47,029 nt of DNA from a bacterium. Lineage in GTDB: Bacteria > SM23-31. A program made the translations under genes and the position numbers. Positions 18,747 through 28,218 of the stretch are shown here, piece by piece. Where the stretch lies: contig CBDFMG010000001.1 of assembly GCA_965249485.1 (NCBI GenBank), positions 1 through 47,029 of the forward strand, in the 5' to 3' direction. The notes beneath the pieces are model-generated. The model had not been told where the DNA came from, searched no databases, and saw nothing but the letters and a program-made list of their open reading frames with translations. Positions within the stretch are counted from its first letter, which is position 1; each line of letters begins with the position of its first letter.

Positions 18747-18945
18747 TAGCCAATGGGTTCCGGCAATGGATTTCAGAGCAATCCTCAAAAGCCTGGCTTT
18801 GGTCTGAAACCCTGCGGTTTACTCCATTGCCGGAACGAAGCGCCGGCATGTGCTCGAAGAGACATGGGCCGCACATGCGCGGCTTGACCAAGCTTCAGAT
18901 TTTTTTGAGCATGGTTGTGAAGTGAAAGGGTGGCCAAAACTGCGG
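18747..18945. repeat. Structured repeat E2, copy 1
   Basis: Perfect 14-bp inverted repeat 18757-18770/18823-18836 plus further stems; recurs at 38970, 44483 and partially at 3020. Confidence 0.8.
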
Positions 18946-19018
18946 TATGCGTACCCATTGAATACCATCCAAACGCCCGGCCAGTTTTTCACTTAAAAGA
19001 GATCGGGATGGCCCGTAA

Positions 19019-19300
19019 TCAGAACAGTTTCAGGGCAGCCAGCAGCAGAGAAAGGGCAACAAACATGACACCGATCATCCAGCGGGTGTTTACGGCCTGA
19101 TCCCTGATCATCTTCTCCATCTGTTCGAAACGTTTGTCCATTTGCTGGAAACGCTGTTCGAAACGCTGTTCCAGACGCTCAATATCCTGTTTGGTAGCCA
19201 GCTGTTCTGTGATCTCTGCCAGGATCTGTGCCTGCTCTTCGGCCGTGGCAGGTTGCATGCCTGCTTTGATGAGCCGTTTGGAGATGGTAAGGGTATTCAT
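19019..19300 (-). CDS. DUF1640/Bdr-like protein, copy 2 (93 aa)
   Basis: Same head, neck and TM segment as copy 1, with a shorter stalk. Confidence 0.8.
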   Translation of the reverse strand: MNTLTISKRLIKAGMQPATAEEQAQILAEITEQLATKQDIERLEQRFEQRFQQMDKRFEQMEKMIRDQAVNTRWMIGVMFVALSLLLAALKLF

Positions 19301-19481
19301 CTTTGAGTTGTGAAGCCCTTGCAAAGGTGACAAAGAGCGGCGGGCTTTGCAAGTATGGAAGGGCTAACCCCACCAGTGGCGAGTTGAGCGGCTAGATACC
19401 TTGGCCAGTGTGCCAAAACGTAAGGCAGCGGCGCAGGCGTGGTGCAAGAACCCCACCGAATGTGAGCTCTACGTCCTTTCC

Positions 19482-20777
19482 TCATTCGTGGTTCCTGGAG
19501 CGGGTGAACGATTCGGTATCGGGCAGCCGCCCGGTATGTTCAAATTCCGGAAATTCATAATCATGTGGCAGCACAATGCCTTCTTCGCCCAGACTAGCCT
19601 GAAGTCTCCTGTCCGCCATCTCCTTCATTAATTCAGCGAAATTATCATGGGCGACTTTAGTCCGGGTATCCCTGGGAAGCTTCGATAATAGTCGTTCATA
19701 ACGGCTTAACTCTTGTTTGATTTTACTGGCTCCCCCGACGGCATCCGAACCAATCATAAATTGTTCTGGGTATTTGGTAATGAGGCCAACCCACGTTTCC
19801 AGATCTTTGTAGATATAATCTTCCAGCACGACCCAGGAGAGGTCGATGTATATCTGATCCCCAAATTCTTTAAGCACCTCTTCTATCCAGTAGGGCAAAT
19901 CATTGATGATGACCCTTCTACTGATTCCGGCGTGACACCAAATGAATTTTGTCTTGTATTCGGTATTTCCATCTTGCCACCGGCAGTATCGAAACAGCTC
20001 TACCAGTTCATCCAGATACAGCGGGTCCTTGATCTCGCTCGGGTTGCGTGATATGGGTGCTATGTTATGATGAATGCTTATTGGCAGGAAATACTCTCCT
20101 GCAAATCTGCCAACCCGGAATAGTGAAGGATGATTGGCCCGGGGTCTTTCGCCCGTGGTAAGGTTAGTAAGATCATCATGGCGTGACATCACCTCCCCTA
20201 TGCCCTGCCAGATTCCTGGAAATGCCTTCACCCGCTTAACGATGAGATCCACCGCGCCAAGATCAGTGCCATCAAATCCGCATATAAAAGGATGTATTTT
20301 TTTTAATTCAGCAAGCTTGGTGGGACTATTGCTGTATTTCAATTTGAAATCAACTATGGCCGAAGCGACTTCAATATCCGAATCCCTGGCCCGATTCATC
20401 CTGGAGCTGCTGTCCAGATAGTATTTCGACCTCAAGAAAGGCTCATTTTCCGACCACTTCTTAATAAAGGGCATCCCGCATAAAAGAAGATGATCAACTT
20501 TGGATGTCTCCATTCCCAGCAGTAGCGCTTCAATGCGCCGACCTCTTTCTCCTACTGGTAGGGTGGCATAACGTCCGGTTTCGGCTAGCCCCCATTCTGT
20601 GCCCGGAAATTTACGGTCGGCATTCAAAAATTCTCCATTCTGCAAGAAATCGAGAAGATGAAAATGGCAATCTGAAAATTGAGCTACGTCTGTCTCTTTT
20701 TCGATACCATCCCCTTGGGAGAAAAGCTTCCCCGATACGAGAAGTACAATAATAACAACTGTTAGCAGCTTTTTCAT
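19482..20777 (-). CDS. Exported amidohydrolase-superfamily metal-dependent hydrolase
   Basis: Signal peptide MKKLLTVVII; metal-ligand motifs DCHFH, GIGE, SIHH, WCHAG and MIGSD. Confidence 0.85.
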   Translation of the reverse strand: MKKLLTVVIIVLLVSGKLFSQGDGIEKETDVAQFSDCHFHLLDFLQNGEFLNADRKFPGTEWGLAETGRYATLPVGERGRRIEALLLGMETSKVDHLLLCGMPFIKKWSENEPFLRSKYYLDSSSRMNRARDSDIEVASAIVDFKLKYSNSPTKLAELKKIHPFICGFDGTDLGAVDLIVKRVKAFPGIWQGIGEVMSRHDDLTNLTTGERPRANHPSLFRVGRFAGEYFLPISIHHNIAPISRNPSEIKDPLYLDELVELFRYCRWQDGNTEYKTKFIWCHAGISRRVIINDLPYWIEEVLKEFGDQIYIDLSWVVLEDYIYKDLETWVGLITKYPEQFMIGSDAVGGASKIKQELSRYERLLSKLPRDTRTKVAHDNFAELMKEMADRRLQASLGEEGIVLPHDYEFPEFEHTGRLPDTESFTRSRNHE

Positions 20778-20993
20778 CGATTTAAGATTTTTGTTTTGAG
20801 TTATCATACCGGCCATTGTATTTCCCTTCTAAACCTAATTCTTTTTTCAATTCATTGACGGTAAATTCTAAGATGCCACCCCATGGTTGCCTTTCCCTGA
20901 TCAGCCAATAAATCTTATGTGTCCACTTGTATTTAAAGGTTCTTAAAGTGTCCAGTTCTGATGACCCCCCAGGAAGCCAACTGCCAGGTGTCT

Positions 20994-21295
20994 TTAAAAT
21001 ATCCTTTCTTGCTGATCTTGAAGTGTTCGGCGATGTCTTTCAGGATGGCTGACAGGGTGCCTATTTTCAGTGGGTTGTGATCGGGGATGGTGGATGTGAT
21101 GGATGCCATTCTCGTCGGTAGTTAATCGGATGTGGCTGCCGGACTGGCGGGTGACTTCGTATCCTAAAGGCTTGAGTTTCTTGATCAGTTCTTTACCTGT
21201 TCGGTTGCTGAATCTCCATGGAGGGTCAGCCATAATTGCTCCATAAGAACAGTTCCTCACGTTTTCCACGAATTCCTGAGCAGCTTTTTTCATGT
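20994..21295 (-). pseudogene. Chimera of an MT-A70-like methyltransferase N-terminal fragment and a frameshifted HicA toxin
   Basis: YGAIMADPPWRF joined to ELIKKLKPLGYEVTRQSGSHIRL; TIPDHNPLKIGTL continues in another frame. Confidence 0.7.
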
Positions 21296-21400
21296 TTCTG
21301 ATAGGCACTGCAATCCCCTGACGGCTGGCGCCATAGCGGAAACTGCGGCTGGTGCCTTGTTTCGGTTAATTTTAAAGTTAACCTGTTTACAAAGATATGG

Positions 21401-21706
21401 TTGAAACCACCCATATCAAAGTTAAGAAAAATCACCGGGGATTTCATTCCGGAACCCATGGGAGAAATCGCCTACCAGTGCGTTGTTTTCGTGCGTAAAA
21501 ACGGGTTTGATCCCTATAACGTGAATGAGATCATTGTGGCTGAGGAATTCAAGAAACTCAAAGATCAATTCATTGGCTTTATCCGCAAACAGGAAGCAGA
21601 CTACATAAAACCACTGGCCGACCATATGATAGAATCAAGACAAGCGATACTGAGCCAGACAGCCGTGTTACAGGAGCTTGTGGCACAGAACGGCGGTGAT
21701 TCGTGA
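21401..21706 (+). pseudogene. BfmA/BtgA-like mobilisation protein, probably N-terminally damaged
   Basis: FVRKNGFDP...EEFKKLKDQFIGFIRKQEADYIKPL aligns with FFMENGCDP...EELKQLRNTLVSFIRTQEKNHIIPM in 25976-26548. Confidence 0.55.
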
Positions 21707-21884
21707 AGAGCAGGCCCCTGGAGGGGGGAGACAGTGGCTCCGGGCAGCTTGAAACGAGCGGTGATACAGAACAGATCATCAGAGAAAAAGAGGATCAACT
21801 GAATTTCATGAGGGACAGGATCGCGTCGAATAAAGGCTGTGTTCGAGAAGCTGGTCACCATGTGAAAATATTGTTAGATATTTA

Positions 21885-22065
21885 TGATTATTTATGATTC
21901 TTAATCAATCTTATTAAGGGATGGATTTATTAATCTTTTATTAATATTTAATTATATTTATTTAACTTTATTATAATTTATTGATTAATATTATTGTTGT
22001 TAGACATTTATTAATATTAATTAATCATTAATATTGATGTTCATTATTTACTATTGTTAATCAAT
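21885..22065. promoter_or_regulatory. Extremely AT-rich tract with TTATTAAT-type repeats (candidate parS/promoter region)
   Basis: Almost no G or C; repeated TTTATTAAT(A/C) directly upstream of parA. Confidence 0.45.
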
Positions 22066-22066
22066 C

Positions 22067-23005
22067 GTGTCAATTATTACAGCATTAGTGAATCAGAAGG
22101 GTGGAGTGGGCAAAACAACCACTGCCCAAAACCTGGGAGCAGCTCTTGCCTATATCAAAAAACAAAAGACCTTGCTCGTTGATCTTGATCCAACCGGAAA
22201 TCTTAGCCAGGCGTTTGGTATTTCCTCCCCACAGTACACTATCCTGGAAGCCTTGCTTCAGGTCGGCAAGGGGGTAAAACCCTATCACATCAGCGAGGAT
22301 TTTCATCTGATTGCGGCAACTGAAACGCTATCCAGCCTGGAAAGGCGTCTGGATGATGATGAATTTTCCCATATAAAGTTCGAGGCAGGAGGGGAGTATT
22401 ACGTTTTGAAACTGTTGCTTGAAGAGTTCGGTAAAAACTATGATCACATCATTGTGGATTGCCCCCCGTCACTGGCCTTGCTATCGGTCAATGCCCTGTG
22501 TGTTGCTGATCAAATACTGATTCCCATGGAAGCCCAAAAGTACAGTCTGAAATGCCTGGAGCTTGTGCTGGGTATAATGGCCAGGATCAAAAATAAAATG
22601 AATTCCAGGATTGAATTGGCGGGACTGTTTTTTACAAGGCACAGGCCGCAGACCATCCTGAAAAGCGATATATCCAGGCAAATACAGGAAGTGATCGGGG
22701 ATAAGATGTATCACACTTATATACGTAATAATGTGGCCATCGAAGAAGCCACCCAATTCAATATGGACATTTTCTCTTACGATGCCTACCTGAGCAAAGA
22801 AACCGGAAAAAAAGTCCATAGCAACGGCGCAAAAGACTACGCGGCGTTACTTGAAGAATTTCTGGGCAATGAAATTGAACTTGAAGCCAGGCACATGAAA
22901 AATGAACTCTCTGCCGAAGAGAAGAGAAAGGCCGCAAATGCGGAACACAAAGAGCTGAAATCACTCAACGAAGAATTCAAAAAATTCCTTTCCGCCACCA
23001 AATAA
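22067..23005 (+). CDS. parA: ParA/Soj partition ATPase (ParA1)
   Basis: NQKGGVGKTT, DLDP, DCPPSL and IRNNVAIEEA. Confidence 0.93.
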   Translation: MSIITALVNQKGGVGKTTTAQNLGAALAYIKKQKTLLVDLDPTGNLSQAFGISSPQYTILEALLQVGKGVKPYHISEDFHLIAATETLSSLERRLDDDEFSHIKFEAGGEYYVLKLLLEEFGKNYDHIIVDCPPSLALLSVNALCVADQILIPMEAQKYSLKCLELVLGIMARIKNKMNSRIELAGLFFTRHRPQTILKSDISRQIQEVIGDKMYHTYIRNNVAIEEATQFNMDIFSYDAYLSKETGKKVHSNGAKDYAALLEEFLGNEIELEARHMKNELSAEEKRKAANAEHKELKSLNEEFKKFLSATK

Positions 23006-23013
23006 ATATCATC

Positions 23014-23448
23014 ATGGCAAAAAAAGAATTCAGAGGTAATAAAATAACCGGTACAACCGCAACCCTGGCTGGGGATTATCTTGATGCACCAGGGCGGGAT
23101 TCAAAGAAGGACAGGCCAAAATTAGAGAATACCAGACAGGATCAGGGCACCGGGGACAGGGGCGGGACCCCCGAAGCTTCACACAAGCCAGGAGGAGAAA
23201 ATATCAGGCCTGTTCGAAAAACCTTCCTGGTGCATCCAGATAAGTGGGACAGGCTACTGGATTTCATTCATACAAAGAAGCTTACAGGAGAATACCGCTA
23301 CTCCCAGGAAAAAGCACTCGACCAGGCATTGGATTTGCTCTTTGGCCAGGTGAGGAGAATACGGAAACGCCCGCAGGAAGTCCGTGACCTGGAAACCTAT
23401 CGCAGCGAAAAAATCAAAGCCGCAGCCCTGAAAAAGAAAATCAGTTGA
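23014..23448 (+). CDS. ParA partner, probable RHH (ParG-like, type Ib) DNA-binding protein
   Basis: Disordered N-terminus then RKTFLV...ALDQALDLLF; homologous to 29015-29404. Confidence 0.6.
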   Translation: MAKKEFRGNKITGTTATLAGDYLDAPGRDSKKDRPKLENTRQDQGTGDRGGTPEASHKPGGENIRPVRKTFLVHPDKWDRLLDFIHTKKLTGEYRYSQEKALDQALDLLFGQVRRIRKRPQEVRDLETYRSEKIKAAALKKKIS

Positions 23449-23582
23449 CAGAGGAACCGTATAGAATACGGTAAGTTGCTTGTAATCAATAGATTAAACT
23501 ATTCTTTTGAATTCATTATCAATTCCTTTACCTTTGAAGGTTGCTTTACAAACCAACAGGGACATAAAACCAACGAATTCAC

Positions 23583-23975
23583 ATGGTAAGAACGACAATA
23601 ACTATCTCAGAAGGCACAAAGAGAAACATTGAAAACCTGAAAATAAAATCGGGCTACAAATCTTATGATGAACTCCTTTCGGACATGCAGAATTTTTATG
23701 CAACCAACGGCCTGAATCCCAAACATTATAACAATGATATGGTTGGCTCAGTTAATGCTGCCATCAAGAAATCCATCAAGGAAACCGACACCAAACTGCG
23801 TAAATATATTGGTTATGAATCCAAAGAAATCAAAGGGCTTCTGGGCCAAGACATAGATACACACTCGCTAAAAAACATTTACGAAAGTCTAACGGCCCTG
23901 GCCAGCTGGCTCATCATAAAGCTGGAGGATGAGCCTTCCAGACCAGCCGCCCCTCACAAGCCAGAGTCTGGATGA
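23583..23975 (+). CDS. Mobilisation accessory (BfmA/MobA-like RHH) protein, N-terminal part
   Basis: TTITISEGTK...SYDELL...FYATNGLNP; lies upstream of the relaxase; an overlapping ORF (23929-24132) may be its frameshifted C-terminus. Confidence 0.55.
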   Translation: MVRTTITISEGTKRNIENLKIKSGYKSYDELLSDMQNFYATNGLNPKHYNNDMVGSVNAAIKKSIKETDTKLRKYIGYESKEIKGLLGQDIDTHSLKNIYESLTALASWLIIKLEDEPSRPAAPHKPESG

Positions 23976-24132
23976 AACAAACAAGATCAAACGGAAGATC
24001 TCCGAGTCTCTAGACTACCTTATCAGAGATCTCAAAGAACAATCCATGGAAAAAAGCGGATCTCTAATCATAGACAAACCCGCCTTTATACAATTTGAAT
24101 TGTCAGTGAAAAACCTGGCCAGGTTCCGGTAA
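23929..24132 (+). CDS. Small ORF, or frameshifted C-terminus of the mob accessory protein
   Basis: Its stop overlaps the relaxase start (TAATG); duplicated at 10222. Confidence 0.4.
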   Translation: MSLPDQPPLTSQSLDETNKIKRKISESLDYLIRDLKEQSMEKSGSLIIDKPAFIQFELSVKNLARFR

Positions 24133-25043
24133 TGTTTGTCAGAGTTCATACACCCCTGAAGACTACCGGGGGCAGCAACAAAGGTTCATCGGCCACCCTG
24201 CTGGGTTACCTGTCAAAAGAGGACAAGGACAAAACCATAATTGAACGCACAGGATTTTTCACACAATCAGAGAAGCTGCTTACCGAGAGCAGAGCCACGG
24301 CCATCATTGATGGCAACAATAAAAATCTGGGAACCAGTGATTATAAATTCTATATGATTTCGATCAGCCCCAGCGAGAAGGAACAACAACACCTTTCAGG
24401 CGGCAAAACCGTCAGTGAAATGAACCATCAAGAGCGTAAGGCATTTGAAGCTCAACTCATGCAATATACTCATCGTGCCATGGATGAATATGCCAGATCT
24501 TTCAACAAAAACATTGGTGGACCCCACCTGGTATATGTGGCAAAAGTTGAACACAACCGCACCTACAAGGGGACAGATCACCAGGTAATCTCGGGATATA
24601 AAAAATCCGGCGAGCAAAAACAGGGCATGCAATCCCATGTTCATGTTGTTGTTTCCAGAAACAACATCAATCAAAACATGAAACTAAGCCCCCTGTCCAA
24701 ACACCACCCCTCAAGGGACAACACATTACTGAAAGGGAAAGGGGTGCGGCAAGGATTCGAACACATGAGCTTCAAACAACGAAGTGAAAAGGCGTTCGAC
24801 ACAATGTTCAGTTACAGGCGCACCAGAGAAGAGCGCATTGAACAATCGCCCAATCTTGCACAAAGTATAAACAAAACGAACCCCTTCCGGCACCATAACA
24901 GGCTGGCACGGTTAGTGGATGATCCCGGTAATATTCACCGATTTGCAAATGCGGTGAATGCCATTGAAAACAAACACCTTGATCCCTTTGAGTACATGCT
25001 GAAACAGATTACTCACGAGAAAGGATTTGATAAACTCCTATAA
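24132..25043 (+). CDS. DUF5712/MobB-type relaxase 1
   Basis: NKGSS..L..YL.KE, KFYMISISPS, MDEYA, YVAKVE, SHVHVVVSR (HUH) and KLSP. Confidence 0.85.
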   Translation: MFVRVHTPLKTTGGSNKGSSATLLGYLSKEDKDKTIIERTGFFTQSEKLLTESRATAIIDGNNKNLGTSDYKFYMISISPSEKEQQHLSGGKTVSEMNHQERKAFEAQLMQYTHRAMDEYARSFNKNIGGPHLVYVAKVEHNRTYKGTDHQVISGYKKSGEQKQGMQSHVHVVVSRNNINQNMKLSPLSKHHPSRDNTLLKGKGVRQGFEHMSFKQRSEKAFDTMFSYRRTREERIEQSPNLAQSINKTNPFRHHNRLARLVDDPGNIHRFANAVNAIENKHLDPFEYMLKQITHEKGFDKLL

Positions 25044-25127
25044 CCATATCGCTTTCCTCATACTTCTGATCCTTGGAACAGGTACGATCTTTTTCATTGG
25101 GTGGGGTGGATGGCAAAGAGTTGTGTG

Positions 25128-25228
25128 AACCCCAGAAACCGCCCTCCAGGAGGCGATCTCTGCTGCGGGGGTATGTGGGGATCAAAATCGGGAGATGCTC
25201 GCTCAGAGCGCCCTAAAATGGGCCGTAA
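25128..25228. repeat. Backbone element C1, 3' portion only
   Basis: CCCAGAAACCGCCCTC...CGGGAGATGCTCGCTCAGAGCGCC. Confidence 0.75.
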
Positions 25229-25489
25229 TCAGAACAGTTTCAGGGCACCCAGCAGCAAAGAAAGGGCAACAAACATAATGCCCATCATCCAGCGGGTGCT
25301 TGTGGCCTGGTCCCTGATCATCTTCTCCATCTGCCCGAAGCGCTGCTGGAAACGCTGTTCCAGACGCTCAATATCCTGTTTGGTAGCCAGCTCGGCTGTG
25401 ATCTCGGCCAGAATCTGGGCCTGCTCTTCGGCTGTGGCAGGTTGCATGCCGGCCTTGATGAGCCGTTTGGAGATGGTAAGGGTATTCAT
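25229..25489 (-). CDS. DUF1640/Bdr-like protein, copy 3 (86 aa)
   Basis: Same family as copy 1; intact ORF from MNTLTISK. Confidence 0.8.
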   Translation of the reverse strand: MNTLTISKRLIKAGMQPATAEEQAQILAEITAELATKQDIERLEQRFQQRFGQMEKMIRDQATSTRWMMGIMFVALSLLLGALKLF

Positions 25490-25849
25490 CTTTGGGCTGG
25501 TGAAGCCAGAGGCAAAGGTGGAAAAGAGCTGCGGGCTTTGCAAGTGAATCACCGGTATGGGTAGAATCACCCCACCAGTGGCGAGTCGAGCGGGTAATAT
25601 ACCCTGGCCAGTGTGGCCGGCAATCATGGCCAACCCCCGGTGATTCTTGAGGAAATGAGTTTCACCACAAGAAAAAAAAATCTCCATCCCCTCTGGCCCA
25701 ACCTGAAGGAAGGGCACAGCAATCCGGTGACGGCTGGCGCCTCAGGCGGAAACTGCGGCTGGTGCCTTGTTTCCGAAGGTAAGTAAGATGGAATCGGGCA
25801 GAGCCCGATTCATTTCTCATAACACACTTATTATCAGCATAATAAAAAA

Positions 25850-25982
25850 AACAAATCAATGATTTTTTAAAAACAAATCATTGACTTTTATAATAAATCA
25901 TTGATTTTGCATTAAAATATGTTTTATCTGTTTCCAGATTAATGTTCAATCAATGATAATTCAGATGTTCAATCAATGATTT
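25850..25982. promoter_or_regulatory. Repeated AATCA(A/T)TGA(T/C) quasi-palindromes upstream of the mob operon (candidate operator or relaxosome sites)
   Basis: Five copies, e.g. AAATCAATGATT, AAATCATTGACT, AAATCATTGATT and AATCAATGAT twice. Confidence 0.45.
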
Positions 25983-26548
25983 TTTTCATTATGGAAAATT
26001 ATGTATACATAACCGCTACTTGCGATACCAGGGAAAACTTCAAAAAGTTACGAAAAAAACTGGATCGGAAAGGTATTGTGCTTATCGACCAGATGGTGAA
26101 TTTTTTCATGGAAAATGGATGTGATCCCAAAGATCCGGAGCTTGCATTGTCCGGTGAAGAACTCAAGCAATTAAGGAACACGCTGGTATCGTTTATCAGG
26201 ACCCAGGAGAAGAATCACATCATCCCCATGTCGGAAAAAATGGATGGCCTGGTAATTGCGCTGGCAGAGTTCATGAGAGATAACTCCCCTGGCATCATCG
26301 AGGACGAGAAACAGACCGCAGCGACGGAGCAGGCCAGCGCCCCTGCTTCTGCTGTGATGGAGAAGGGCGTATCAAAAAAGGAATACGAAGATCTTTTGAT
26401 CAGGTGTGAAAAAGCGGAGAAAAAGCTGAGTCGGATTGAACCTGATTTTGAGAGAATCAAGGCAGCAGTATCGTGGAAATCAACCGGGTTTGGCAAGGGT
26501 TATGTGCTTGAAATTGAAAAGGGTGAGTACGAGGAAATTTTTGGTTGA
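25976..26548 (+). CDS. BfmA/BtgA-family mobilisation protein
   Basis: RHH-like N-terminus; M..FF..NG.DP and SFIRTQEK..I.PM; directly upstream of relaxase 2. Confidence 0.7.
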   Translation: MIFFIMENYVYITATCDTRENFKKLRKKLDRKGIVLIDQMVNFFMENGCDPKDPELALSGEELKQLRNTLVSFIRTQEKNHIIPMSEKMDGLVIALAEFMRDNSPGIIEDEKQTAATEQASAPASAVMEKGVSKKEYEDLLIRCEKAEKKLSRIEPDFERIKAAVSWKSTGFGKGYVLEIEKGEYEEIFG

Positions 26549-26557
26549 TCGGCCGGC

Positions 26558-27712
26558 ATGTATGTGAAGATCCACAAGCCCGCTGATTACTTTGGAAACC
26601 GGGGAAGCTCCGGTCAACTGATCACCTACCTGGAAAAAGAAAACCCGGGAAAGGAGGCTGTGGAACAGGAGCAATTTTTTGACCATTACCAGGACCAGGT
26701 GCCGGCACACAAGGCCGAACTGATCCTGGACACAAACCACAAAGGGCTATCGGCAGATGAATCCAAATTCTATATGTTGACTCTCAATCCGAGTGAAAAG
26801 GAACTGGAGTTTCTAAAGACCAGACTGGAAGGCACTGACTCCCCTGCTTCCAATGAATTGCTCAAGGAATATACCCGGGCTGTGATGGATGAATACGCCG
26901 AAAGTTTCAATCGAAAAATTGATGGGCGGCCATTGGAAGGCGCAGACCTGGTGTACTTCGCCAAAATCGAAAACGGGCGCACGTACAAACCACAGGAAAT
27001 ACAGTACAAGGAATCCTATTCTCATAACCAGGGGATCCGCAAAGAGATCACAAAATTGAAAAAGGAACTGAAACAGCCCGATATCACTGGTAGAAGCAAA
27101 GCGGGGGTTGAAAAAAAGACAAGTGTGCTTGAGGGGCAATACCAGAGAGACAAGGGGGGTGTAGTGATTCTGCCCGGGAATGCGAAAAAAGGACTAAATA
27201 CCCACGTTCACGTGGTGGTTAGCCGGCGTGACAAGCAGCAAAGATTGAAACTTTCTCCCCTGGCCAATTCGCGTGGAAGCCAGAACAGGCTGAACGGGAA
27301 AAATGTGCAAACAGGATTCAATCGCAGCGAGTTCGTGGATAAGGCAGAGAGAATATTTGACAGGAAATTTGCTTATGATCGTGCGTTGCAGGAATCTTAT
27401 CAATATCACCATGCGAAAGTGCACGATGCGGGGAAATATCTAAAGGCTCTGATCAACCAACCAACTGATCCACGGCTGGTGGCAAAACGCCTGGTAAGAC
27501 AAATGGTGGATCGGCCAGAAGTCCAGAAAATTCTGAATGCTCCGACCAGCGCCAGGCAATTGAGAAACAGGATTATTTCAAAAGCCGTGGATAATGTGGC
27601 CAGTGTGATCACCCCGGGGGCTCACCCTGCCGGGGTGCCGGCCACCATTATAAAAAAGGGGATTATAAAAGCGGTTGATGCGGTGGTCAAGGCCGCTGAA
27701 CTGGGGTTTTAG
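26558..27712 (+). CDS. DUF5712/MobB-type relaxase 2
   Basis: NRGSSGQLITYLEKEN, KFYMLTLNPS, DLVYFAKIE, THVHVVVSRRD, KLSP and GFNR. Confidence 0.88.
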   Translation: MYVKIHKPADYFGNRGSSGQLITYLEKENPGKEAVEQEQFFDHYQDQVPAHKAELILDTNHKGLSADESKFYMLTLNPSEKELEFLKTRLEGTDSPASNELLKEYTRAVMDEYAESFNRKIDGRPLEGADLVYFAKIENGRTYKPQEIQYKESYSHNQGIRKEITKLKKELKQPDITGRSKAGVEKKTSVLEGQYQRDKGGVVILPGNAKKGLNTHVHVVVSRRDKQQRLKLSPLANSRGSQNRLNGKNVQTGFNRSEFVDKAERIFDRKFAYDRALQESYQYHHAKVHDAGKYLKALINQPTDPRLVAKRLVRQMVDRPEVQKILNAPTSARQLRNRIISKAVDNVASVITPGAHPAGVPATIIKKGIIKAVDAVVKAAELGF

Positions 27713-27866
27713 TTCCCAGCTAAGCTTGGTATTACTTGTATTATCTGTAAATATTGATAATATTTGTAATACCATGAATACAGATAATATAAATGGATAG
27801 AACACTATTTTCCCATTAGGGTCACGAGTTTGAAAAGGCACGGGATATACACAAATAAGTACTAAG

Positions 27867-28085
27867 ATGGAAGAATGGCTGGAGGCAATTAATGAGGAAA
27901 TAAGAGAGTTAAAAGCCTTGACTCTCGAAACTCGCAAGATGGCTGTAGCAGCGGAAAAAACAGCAAAGGCTGCCGAACAGACAGCAAAGGCTGCACAACA
28001 ACAAGCTGTCGATTCGAGGTATCTCTTGGAAAAGCATATCGAATGGCATCAAAAACCCGTTTGGAAAAGAATGTTCGGTATATAA
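27867..28085 (+). CDS. Small coiled-coil hypothetical protein
   Basis: AEKTAKA-AEQTAKA heptads and an amphipathic C-terminus KPVWKRMFGI. Confidence 0.55.
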   Translation: MEEWLEAINEEIRELKALTLETRKMAVAAEKTAKAAEQTAKAAQQQAVDSRYLLEKHIEWHQKPVWKRMFGI

Positions 28086-28218
28086 CCTGCCCTGCGAAGA
28101 AGCAATAATTTTGGCATTGCCTGTTATTCTCTGTATTATCCGGTAACATTTATAATATTTGTAGTATTGTGAATACTAACAATATAAGTAATACAGATAA
28201 TACAGATAACCTGAGATT

